A DNA stretch of 14,394 nucleotides from Elusimicrobiota bacterium (GTDB lineage: Bacteria > Elusimicrobiota > Elusimicrobia > UBA1565): assembly GCA_043827405.1 (NCBI GenBank), contig JBDRPD010000051.1, positions 1 to 14,394 on the forward strand, written 5' to 3'. The notes under the pieces are model-generated. The model searched no databases and was not told the origin of the DNA. It was given only the letters and a program-made list of their open reading frames with translations. Made by a program: the position numbers and the translations under genes. The first letter of the stretch is position 1, and every line of letters starts with the position of its first letter. This document shows positions 7,595-14,394 of the stretch, piece by piece.

Positions 7595-10500
7595 CGTACG
7601 AGCAAAAGCTTCCTCACCACCGACACCTGTCCGGTGCCGGTGATCACGGCGATATAAAGTCCCGACGCGACGTCGCGGCCGGCGTCGTTGCGCGCGTCCC
7701 ACTGTATGGTTCCCGCCGCCGCCGAGTTCAGCTCGGCGACCCGGCGGCCGGTGACGGTATATATCTTTATGCCCGCGTCCGCCGGCAGCTGGTCAAAGAT
7801 AATGCCCGAGGCGGCATTGCCGGCGGCGAACGGTATGCCGTCGTCGTTATTGCCGTTGTTGGGTTTGTAGGGATTCGGGTAGACGCGAACCGCGCTCAGG
7901 TCGGCGTGCGCCGGCGCCGCCGCCGGCACGAAGGCGGCGAAGAAGCTGAAATGCGGCGTATAGCCGGTGATGGTCTTGCTGGCGGTATTGACCGTGGAAG
8001 CGAAGTCCTTGCTCCAGGAGCAGGTCGAGCAGGTGGCGGAGTATAGCTGCAGGCTGGCGGCGCTGATCGCGGTGCCGTCGATAATGCCGTTATTGTCGTC
8101 GTCTGGATAGTGCAGAGTCACCGCCGCCACATTGCCGCCCGAGAGCTGATGCTGGTCATTGGACAGGCTGACTTCGGATATTATCGTAGTGGCAGTAACC
8201 TCAGACGGCGCCGGCGGCGCGGTGGCCGGATTATTGATGACCGTTACCGTCACCGTCGAGGCATTGATCGCGTTGGGAGGGATGACGACTTCGGTGGCCT
8301 GCGAGGTATCCTCGGCCGAGGACTGCACGGTACTGGTGAGCTCCTGGTGGATCTTCTGCTTTTTCTCGACCTTGCCGGTATTGGCGCCGGCGACCAGCTT
8401 GGTTTCGGCGATATCCGGATCGGCGCGGTCTATGGTGATGGTGATCGCTCCCGGCGACGTATCGGATGCGCCGAAGATATCCCAGGCCACGACCCGCAAG
8501 TCGTAGTCCGTCTCGTCGAGCGGCGCGTCGACGTCCCAATGGATGAAGTATGGGGCCGTCAGATCCGGGTTCGGATGCCGGCCGCCGGTATTAACCGCGG
8601 GGATATCGGCCCAGCCGGTCGTATCCGATGACGCCTTGTACTGGAACGTCACCTTCTGCGTTTGCCCCGGATCGCCGAGCTCCAGCTCGGCGACTATGGT
8701 CACCCGGTTGCCGCCGATGGTTTTGCCGCTGTGCGGCACCTTGATCGCCGCCCGCACCCCGTCGAGGCTCGCCAGCGCCGTGGCGAAAGCCCGTACGCGC
8801 GTGTTTTGTTCTTCGATACCGCAGGCGTGGACGGCGCGGAGGCCGAAGGCATAGGTATCGCCCGAGCCCAAGGCCGGCGTCGTATAAGAGGTCGCGGCGG
8901 AGGATACTTCGACGGGCGTCGCGGCATACACATCGGCCGAAGCCGCACCCGAGCCGTAGTAGATGCGGTAGGCGGTCACCCCGGCGAACGGCGACCGGAC
9001 CCAGTTCAGCAGAATCTTGGATCCCGCCAAGCTGCGCGCGTTCAGCTCGCCCGGCGGCGCCGGCGTCGGCGCCCCGGTATAGGTAGATATAGTGGAATCA
9101 AAGGAAGTAGTGAGCCCGTCGCCGTTTACGTTGCGCACGCGGAAGTAGTAGGTCGTGCAGCCGATGAGGTGGTAGGCGGTGATGCTGGTGACCGGCATGA
9201 TGCCGATGGCCGAGTAGCCGGCTGCGTCGGTGGAGCGCTGGACCTCGGCCGCAGTGAAGGCTGAGTTGCCGTTGAGTCCCCAGCTGAAGGAGGCGCTGGT
9301 CTGGTAGACGGCGTTCATCGTCGTCGCGGTCGGCGGCCGCGCTAGGGTATGCACGGTCGCCGAGTAGGCGAGGGCGGTATTGATCGTCCCCTGCGCCGCC
9401 GCCAGGCCGATGCGGTGGCGCTCGTTGGCGCCGAGGCCGGTCGCCGCGTACGACAGCACGGAGGTCTCATAGAGCAGGGTGGAGGTTTCGCTCGCCGGGT
9501 AGACGCGGTAAGTCGACGCTCCCGGCGCCGCCGACCAGTTCCAGGTGATCGACGAAGCGCCGTGCACCGTCGCCGTTGGGGGGTCCGGCATTTGCGGGAA
9601 GACGAATATCCAGTTGACGTTATTGCCGCTGTCCAGGTTATCCTTATCATTGGCCAGGACGGTATCGCCGCCGGCGGCGTCGGAGTCTCTTGCGTCGACG
9701 CGCACCGGCGCGGCGGTGGAGGTCACCACCAGATGCCAGGGGCTGCCGTCGGCGGTGCTGCGCAGGCGCAGGCGCTCGGCCGTACCGGCATTGCCGGGCC
9801 GGAAGTCGGCGACGGTGAAGGTGGAGCCGGCATTGAAGAACAAGGTTCCGCCCGAGGCGTTGGCGGCGAGCGACGTCGCGGTAAATGAGCTGACAAAGGT
9901 GACGCTGGAGATATTGGTTACCGCGATGCCGCCGACCGAGTTGCCGTTGCCGTACACCCGCTGATGGGCGGACCCGTTTAAGGTCAGGATGGATGCCCCC
10001 CCGCCGGTGAAGGTGCCGCTGGCTATCACATCGCCCTGGACCCAGAAATAGTCGTCGGTCGCGTCGAAGGAGGCGCCCGGCATTATGGTCAGGTCGCCCT
10101 GGATATTGAGCCCATAGGCCGAGCCCGGCATGGTGACGCCGGCCGCATTGGCGATGACCAAATCCCAAAAGTTGTCGGAGCTGCCGGTCATGGTCTGCGG
10201 CGAACTGCCGTCGAGGTAGGTGGTGCCGGTGCCGGAAAGCATTCGCCCCAGCGGCGAGTCGATATTGCCGCGGAAGCGATGGGTATGCGCCATCGGCCAC
10301 CAGGAGCCGGCCGTTACCGACATGGTGCCGTTGGCGACGATGTCCGAGAGCGCATAGAGGTGCTTGGTGCCGACGCTCTTGGCGACTTCCAGGCCATGGA
10401 ACGCGAAATCCGACCGGACTGTGACGCTGGAGTTTTCCGCGCCGTCAAACTTTATGGTTCCAGCGCCCGGATCGAAGTAGCCGGCGCTATGCAGGAAGTG

Positions 10501-13500
10501 GCCGGCCACGGTATGGGTGAAATCGCCGGCATGGAAGGTGCCGGTGGACCAGGTCGGATCGTTCCTGATAATGAAATTGCCGTTGATATCAAGCGCCGAG
10601 AGCACCGTCACGTCGGTCGTGGTATTGATCACGAAGTTGTTGAAGGGACTGCCGGGCAGTGTTGTAAACGTCTGCGGGTACTCAGCTTCCGTATTAATGA
10701 CCGTGAGCGTAGAGTCCTGCGCATTGAAGTAGCCGCCGGTCTGTGTCCAGTGACCGCCGAACCAGTGGTCAAAGCTCCCGGCCGAGAAGGTGCCGGATTT
10801 GAGCTCAAACCAGCCGTCGTCAATGTACATGCGGGTATTCATGACGACTTCCGACGTCGACTGGATCGTGATGGTGCTTCCGCTGAAGCTGTAGGGACCG
10901 TTGATCGTCTGCGGGGAACTGCCGTTGAGGATGATGTGCGCGCTCACCATGACCCCGCCGCCGTTCATGGTCCAGTCGCCGCCGATGATCATTTTCTGGC
11001 GGTTCTCAAGGAACTGCCCCTCGGAGACGACCAGGTCGCCGGCGACGACGAGGTCCGTCGACAATGTTACCCTGGTCGCATGCTGGAAGTCGGCGGCCAG
11101 CGTAAAGTCGTTGAGGGTAACGCCCGTGAGGTCCCAGGTGCAGTCATTATCCAGACTGGTCGCGTTAAACAGCACCGAGTCGCCGCTGACCGGCAAGGTA
11201 TCCAAAGTCCAGTTCTGCGGGTTGGAGGCCAGGTCGTCGGCGCCGCCGCCGTCCCAGACGCGCAGATTGGGCGGGTTGGCGCTGGCCGCGATCGCATAAG
11301 GTCCGGCGCGCTTCACATTGCCGGCGCGGTCGGAATAAGTGAAGACCACCTGGTTGGTGGCGCCGCAGGGATAGGACCCGCCGCAGGTCTCGGTATTGGT
11401 GGATTCGGCGAGGTTGAGGCCGTAGGCGCTCAGGGTTTCCAGAGAGGTCGAGCCTTCGGCGCCGGAGAGGGTAACACTGGGGGGATCGAGGACATGGATT
11501 TGCGCCCCGGTATTGGCGCTGCCCGCGAACAGGCGGCCCTCATAGACGCCCAGCGCGTTCATCACGTCGTCGTCGGGGAAGCCGCCGCTCTCATGCCACT
11601 GCGCGCCGTCGTAGACCAGCACCTTGCCCTGGTCCGGGTCCGGGGAGCCGAGCACCGAGGTCGCGGCATACAGCCGCCCGCGGTAGACCGCCAGGTCCTG
11701 CACCACCGTCTCGCCGACGCTGGACACATCGAAGAGCTCGCTCCAGCCCGCGCCGTCAAATGCGAAGACTTTGCCGAAGCTGGCCTGGCCGGATACGTGC
11801 GAGGTGCCGGCGTAGAGCTTGCCGTCATAGACGACCAGGTCTCTGACATAGACGCCGGTCGCCGCGAAATCGACGCTCAGGCTCCAGGTGGAAGCGTCAA
11901 AGACGTAGACCTGCCCCCCCGCGTCGGTGCCGGCGTAGAGCCGGCCGCGGTACTCCGCCATTGAGATGACTCCGCTGTTGCCGGCGATGTCGGCGCTCAG
12001 CGTCCAGGTCGAGCCGTCGAAGGCGAAAATCTTGGCGCCTTGCCGGGTCCCGGCGTAGAGCATGCCGTTGTAGGAAGCGAGGGAGGCGACGGTGGTCTCG
12101 CCCGGGAACTCCGCGCTCAGGCTCCAGGAGCCGCCGTCGAACTCGTAGACGGCTCCGGTGCCGGCGCTGACATAGGTGCCGGCATAGAGCTTCCCGTCAT
12201 GCGCCGCCAGCGCGTATACCTGCCCGGTAAACGTTGCGCTGCCGCTCCACTCGATTCCGTCGTAGGCGATGACGTCGAACGTCCCGCCGTAGGCGGCGGC
12301 GTAGAGCTTGCCCTGGTATTCGGCGAAAGCGAAAGCGCCGGGCGACGGCGTGCTGACCGACCAGGCGCCGTCGCTCCAGCTGCCGCCGGCGGTGGTGGAG
12401 TAGGAGACGCCGAAGCCGAGCGCCGCCTGGGTGCTTTGCGACAAGCCGGCAAGCGCGTCCTGGATGTTGATCTGCGCTGTGACCCCGGCGAGCAGATCGA
12501 CCATGCCGCCTTCGGGGTGCTCGGCACCGGTAGCGGTCAGGACGCGGAAGCTCGCGGCCGTCGGCGCGGTCTTGTCGATGGTGATAGTGGCGAGGCCGGC
12601 GGAAGCCGCCGAGCTGCCGTAGATGTCGGCGGCCGTCATGTCGACGCTGTAGCTTGAGCCGTCGGTGTAGACGACGTCCGAGGTTACGTAGATCGCCTGG
12701 TAGGCCAAGGTGCTGCCGTCGATGGTGATTAGGTCGGCGGGAAGCCAGACAGGCGTAACCGAGACGAAGTCGGTGCCGTCGTAGTAGTTGCCGGCGTCCT
12801 TTTGAATGGCGAAGGATGCGGAGGCGACGCCGGAGGCGTCGGCGGCGGTGCCGGCGATCATGCCTAGGTGGTTGATGACGGCGCCGGTCTCTGGAGTGGT
12901 GAGGGCGAAGGATGGGGCGCTCAGTTCCGGCGCGGTGAACTGAAAACTCCAGTTGAAATTAGCGCCCGCATCCAGGTTATCGCCGTCATGGGCCGAGATC
13001 AAGATTCCGCCGGAGGCATCGGAGTCCATGACGTCAGCCCGGCTGACCGCTGCCGTGCCGGTGACGACCAGATGCCAAGGCGTTCCGTCGGAGCTGCTGC
13101 GCAAACTCATGCGGGAAGCCAATCCGGGACTCCCGATGGCGAGCGTCCCAAACGTGTAAGTCGCATCGGCGGTAAAGTAGAGCGCGGCACCTGAAGTATC
13201 GGCGGTGAAGGTGGAGGCTGAGAAGCTGCTGTTGAAAGCCGCATAGGTCCCGGCGAGCTCCAGCTCGTTGAAGACGATCGGCATAACGGCGGAAATAGTG
13301 GTGCTGGAACCGTCAAAGCGGATGGTGCCGGTGGCGGGGCCGAAGGAACCACCGGTCATATTCCAGTCTCCCCCCAGGGTATGCGTATACGGTCCCGGGA
13401 CAAAGTGGATATTGACCAAGGAGAAGTTGCCGTCGATATCGAGCGGCGAGACCACCGCTAAAGTCGAGGCGCCGACAGCGGAAAGCGATTTCAATTGCAC

Positions 13501-14394
13501 ATGATTGAAGGCGCCGCTGCCGCCGGTGATCGAAACCGATGAGATATCCAACTGCGGTCCGAAAGTGATGGTGCTGCTTTCCGCCAGAAACACCCCTCCG
13601 GTGCGCGCCCAGCCGCCGTTGAACTGGTGGTCAAAGCCGCCGGCGCGCAGGTCGCCGGAGCTATGCGTGAGCGCCGGTTCGCCGAGCATGTACATTTTGG
13701 AGGTCATGACGACCTCGCTGGATGACTCGATGTGCAGATTGGCCAGCCAGCTGTTTCCGGAAGACAACTCCTGACGTTCTGAACCGTCGAGGATAATCAA
13801 GCTATCATTGGTGAACACCGAGCCGCCGACGCCCCAGGAGAAGTCGCCGCGAACTCTCAGGTCGGCTCCGGTCTGCATGATGACTCCGCCGGTTGAACGG
13901 GTAAAGTCGCCATTTACGACCATATGGGTAGCTAGGTGGAGCGTGCCGGTGTCGTAGTCGCCGGCCATGGTTACATCGTTTAGCGCGATACCGGTTATGT
14001 CCCAAGATGAAGGGGTGACCGAGGTAGCGTTAAATAAGATCGAGTCGCCGTCGACTGGTGCTGTGTTACCGGACCAGTTGAGCGGATTCGAAGCCAGGTT
14101 GTCGGCACCGCCGCCGTCCCATATACGAGTCTGCGGCCCGCCGACTGATCCCGGCAACGCAAAGCGCAGCGTCACCACATCCTGATCCGTATTGACCGTA
14201 TTGCCGGTCACATAAATAAGCCCCGCGCTGTCGACCGCCACGCCGTAGCCCCAATCGTTGACGCCCCCCGCACCGGCATAGACAACCGAAGAGAGCAGCA
14301 CCCAGTCCGTGTCGTACTTGATGGCGATAATGTCGGTATCCGAGCCGTTGGTGAAGTAGCCGCCGACGATCAGGTCGCCGCTGCCGTCCCTGAC
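7591..14394 (-). CDS. Giant multidomain surface/secreted protein (>=2267 aa, 5'-truncated) with T9SS/FlgD-type C-terminal sorting domain
   Basis: The frame is open to the window end (VRDGSGDLIVGGYFTNGSDTDIIAIKYDTDW precedes the tracked ORF). It is G/S/T/A/D/N-rich and Lys-poor, with recognisable SBBP, solenoid, propeller, FN3, Ig-like and CTD motifs. Confidence 0.93.
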   Translation of the reverse strand, partial: VRDGSGDLIVGGYFTNGSDTDIIAIKYDTDWVLLSSVVYAGAGGVNDWGYGVAVDSAGLIYVTGNTVNTDQDVVTLRFALPGSVGGPQTRIWDGGGADNLASNPLNWSGNTAPVDGDSILFNATSVTPSSWDITGIALNDVTMAGDYDTGTLHLATHMVVNGDFTRSTGGVIMQTGADLRVRGDFSWGVGGSVFTNDSLIILDGSERQELSSGNSWLANLHIESSSEVVMTSKMYMLGEPALTHSSGDLRAGGFDHQFNGGWARTGGVFLAESSTITFGPQLDISSVSITGGSGAFNHVQLKSLSAVGASTLAVVSPLDIDGNFSLVNIHFVPGPYTHTLGGDWNMTGGSFGPATGTIRFDGSSTTISAVMPIVFNELELAGTYAAFNSSFSASTFTADTSGAALYFTADATYTFGTLAIGSPGLASRMSLRSSSDGTPWHLVVTGTAAVSRADVMDSDASGGILISAHDGDNLDAGANFNWSFQFTAPELSAPSFALTTPETGAVINHLGMIAGTAADASGVASASFAIQKDAGNYYDGTDFVSVTPVWLPADLITIDGSTLAYQAIYVTSDVVYTDGSSYSVDMTAADIYGSSAASAGLATITIDKTAPTAASFRVLTATGAEHPEGGMVDLLAGVTAQINIQDALAGLSQSTQAALGFGVSYSTTAGGSWSDGAWSVSTPSPGAFAFAEYQGKLYAAAYGGTFDVIAYDGIEWSGSATFTGQVYALAAHDGKLYAGTYVSAGTGAVYEFDGGSWSLSAEFPGETTVASLASYNGMLYAGTRQGAKIFAFDGSTWTLSADIAGNSGVISMAEYRGRLYAGTDAGGQVYVFDASTWSLSVDFAATGVYVRDLVVYDGKLYAGTSHVSGQASFGKVFAFDGAGWSELFDVSSVGETVVQDLAVYRGRLYAATSVLGSPDPDQGKVLVYDGAQWHESGGFPDDDVMNALGVYEGRLFAGSANTGAQIHVLDPPSVTLSGAEGSTSLETLSAYGLNLAESTNTETCGGSYPCGATNQVVFTYSDRAGNVKRAGPYAIAASANPPNLRVWDGGGADDLASNPQNWTLDTLPVSGDSVLFNATSLDNDCTWDLTGVTLNDFTLAADFQHATRVTLSTDLVVAGDLVVSEGQFLENRQKMIIGGDWTMNGGGVMVSAHIILNGSSPQTINGPYSFSGSTITIQSTSEVVMNTRMYIDDGWFELKSGTFSAGSFDHWFGGHWTQTGGYFNAQDSTLTVINTEAEYPQTFTTLPGSPFNNFVINTTTDVTVLSALDINGNFIIRNDPTWSTGTFHAGDFTHTVAGHFLHSAGYFDPGAGTIKFDGAENSSVTVRSDFAFHGLEVAKSVGTKHLYALSDIVANGTMSVTAGSWWPMAHTHRFRGNIDSPLGRMLSGTGTTYLDGSSPQTMTGSSDNFWDLVIANAAGVTMPGSAYGLNIQGDLTIMPGASFDATDDYFWVQGDVIASGTFTGGGASILTLNGSAHQRVYGNGNSVGGIAVTNISSVTFVSSFTATSLAANASGGTLFFNAGSTFTVADFRPGNAGTAERLRLRSTADGSPWHLVVTSTAAPVRVDARDSDAAGGDTVLANDKDNLDSGNNVNWIFVFPQMPDPPTATVHGASSITWNWSAAPGASTYRVYPASETSTLLYETSVLSYAATGLGANERHRIGLAAAQGTINTALAYSATVHTLARPPTATTMNAVYQTSASFSWGLNGNSAFTAAEVQRSTDAAGYSAIGIMPVTSITAYHLIGCTTYYFRVRNVNGDGLTTSFDSTISTYTGAPTPAPPGELNARSLAGSKILLNWVRSPFAGVTAYRIYYGSGAASADVYAATPVEVSSAATSYTTPALGSGDTYAFGLRAVHACGIEEQNTRVRAFATALASLDGVRAAIKVPHSGKTIGGNRVTIVAELELGDPGQTQKVTFQYKASSDTTGWADIPAVNTGGRHPNPDLTAPYFIHWDVDAPLDETDYDLRVVAWDIFGASDTSPGAITITIDRADPDIAETKLVAGANTGKVEKKQKIHQELTSTVQSSAEDTSQATEVVIPPNAINASTVTVTVINNPATAPPAPSEVTATTIISEVSLSNDQHQLSGGNVAAVTLHYPDDDNNGIIDGTAISAASLQLYSATCSTCSWSKDFASTVNTASKTITGYTPHFSFFAAFVPAAAPAHADLSAVRVYPNPYKPNNGNNDDGIPFAAGNAASGIIFDQLPADAGIKIYTVTGRRVAELNSAAAGTIQWDARNDAGRDVASGLYIAVITGTGQVSVVRKLLLVR
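7594..7900 (-). other. T9SS type-A-like / FlgD Ig-like C-terminal sorting domain
   Basis: VRVYPNPY...IIFDQLP...IKIYTVTGRRVAEL.....IQWDARNDAGRDVASGLYIAVI......RKLLLVR-stop shows the YPNP, IY...G..V, WDG.N..G..V.SG.Y and terminal K+hydrophobic strand motifs. Confidence 0.88.
7930..8310 (-). other. ZU5/GAIN-like domain ending in an HFS motif (HFS codons 7945-7953)
   Basis: Begins with ZU5-like EVVIPPNAINASTVTVTV, continues VTLHYP...LQLY...W, and ends VNTASKTITGYTPHFSFFA. Confidence 0.65.
8790..9590 (-). other. Three tandem fibronectin type III domains within the giant protein
   Basis: PDPP...SSITWNWSAAPGASTYRVY...GLGANERH; PPT...SASFSW...LIGCTTYYFRVRNVNGDG; PAPPGELNA...ILLNW.......YRIYY...LGSGDTYAFGLRAV. 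Confidence 0.8.
9604..11265 (-). repeat. Beta-solenoid module copy 2 (about 554 aa, 5 internal units of about 80 aa)
   Basis: N-cap RVWDGGGADDLASNPQNWTLDTLPVSGDSVLFNATS; C-cap LRSTADGSPWHLVVTSTAAPVRVDARDSDAAGG...DNLDSGNNVNWIF. Confidence 0.75.
11480..12370 (-). repeat. Seven-blade beta-propeller (repeat V..LA.YxGxLYAGT....G.V..FDG..W)
   Basis: Seven cores: YQGKLYAAA, HDGKLYAGT, YNGMLYAGT, YRGRLYAGT, YDGKLYAGT, YRGRLYAAT, YEGRLFAGS, spaced about 40-48 aa apart. Confidence 0.85.
12943..14130 (-). repeat. Beta-solenoid module copy 1 (about 396 aa, 3 internal units of about 80 aa)
   Basis: N-cap RIWDGGGADNLASNPLNWSGNTAPVDGDSILFNATS; C-cap LRSSSDGTPWHLVVTGTAAVSRADVMDSDASGG...DNLDAGANFNWSF; homologous to copy 2. 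Confidence 0.75.
14160..14394 (-). repeat. SBBP-type beta-propeller repeats (last blades; remainder outside the window)
   Basis: RDGSGDLIVGGY...TDIIAIKYD and DWGYGVAVDSAGLIYVTGNT...DVVTLRF match the 'D...giavD..GniYvtG.t...D....Ky' repeat. Confidence 0.75.

Noticed and set aside
7595..7702. 36-aa Arg-rich extension of the PorV-like ORF
   Set aside because: It lies within the CTD coding region; the signal peptide starts at ATG 7594 (or 7576).
10279..11964. 561-aa plus-strand ORF opposite the giant gene
   Set aside because: Antisense shadow of a biased coding frame; no domain signal.
11480..12370. Recurring DNA motifs (e.g. CCGGCGTAGAGC, CGCTCAGGCTCCAGG) at roughly 120-145 bp spacing, considered as a CRISPR or DNA repeat array
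   Set aside because: The copies are degenerate, in frame and explained by propeller blade repeats; no cas genes or constant-length identical repeats.

Overview
GC-rich bacterial chromosomal window with two convergent blocks. Plus strand: a 5'-truncated membrane protein with a C-terminal carboxypeptidase-regulatory-like beta-sandwich, an AT-rich promoter region with a 7-4-7 palindrome, then a probable operon of an orphan NarL/LuxR response regulator, a small stand-alone MgtE N-domain-like protein, recO, glyQ and glyS (the last four linked by 4-nt stop/start overlaps). Minus strand: a 5'-truncated giant surface protein (>=2267 aa). Its order is SBBP repeats, beta-solenoid module 1, Ig-like, an Ig-like domain split by a 7-blade propeller, beta-solenoid module 2, 3x FN3, Ig-like, a ZU5/GAIN-like domain ending in HFS, and a T9SS/FlgD-type C-terminal sorting domain. 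It overlaps (ATGA) a PorV/UPF0164-family beta-barrel gene with a C-terminal TPR fusion. The blocks meet at a 91-bp spacer of perfect hairpins lacking a canonical U-tract. Best candidate for an undescribed system: a cargo-plus-dedicated-shuttle cassette whose cargo may cleave itself at HF/S just before its sorting domain. Gene style suggests Elusimicrobiota or a similar non-Bacteroidota lineage (inference only). All domain calls come from reading motifs by eye; no searches were run.
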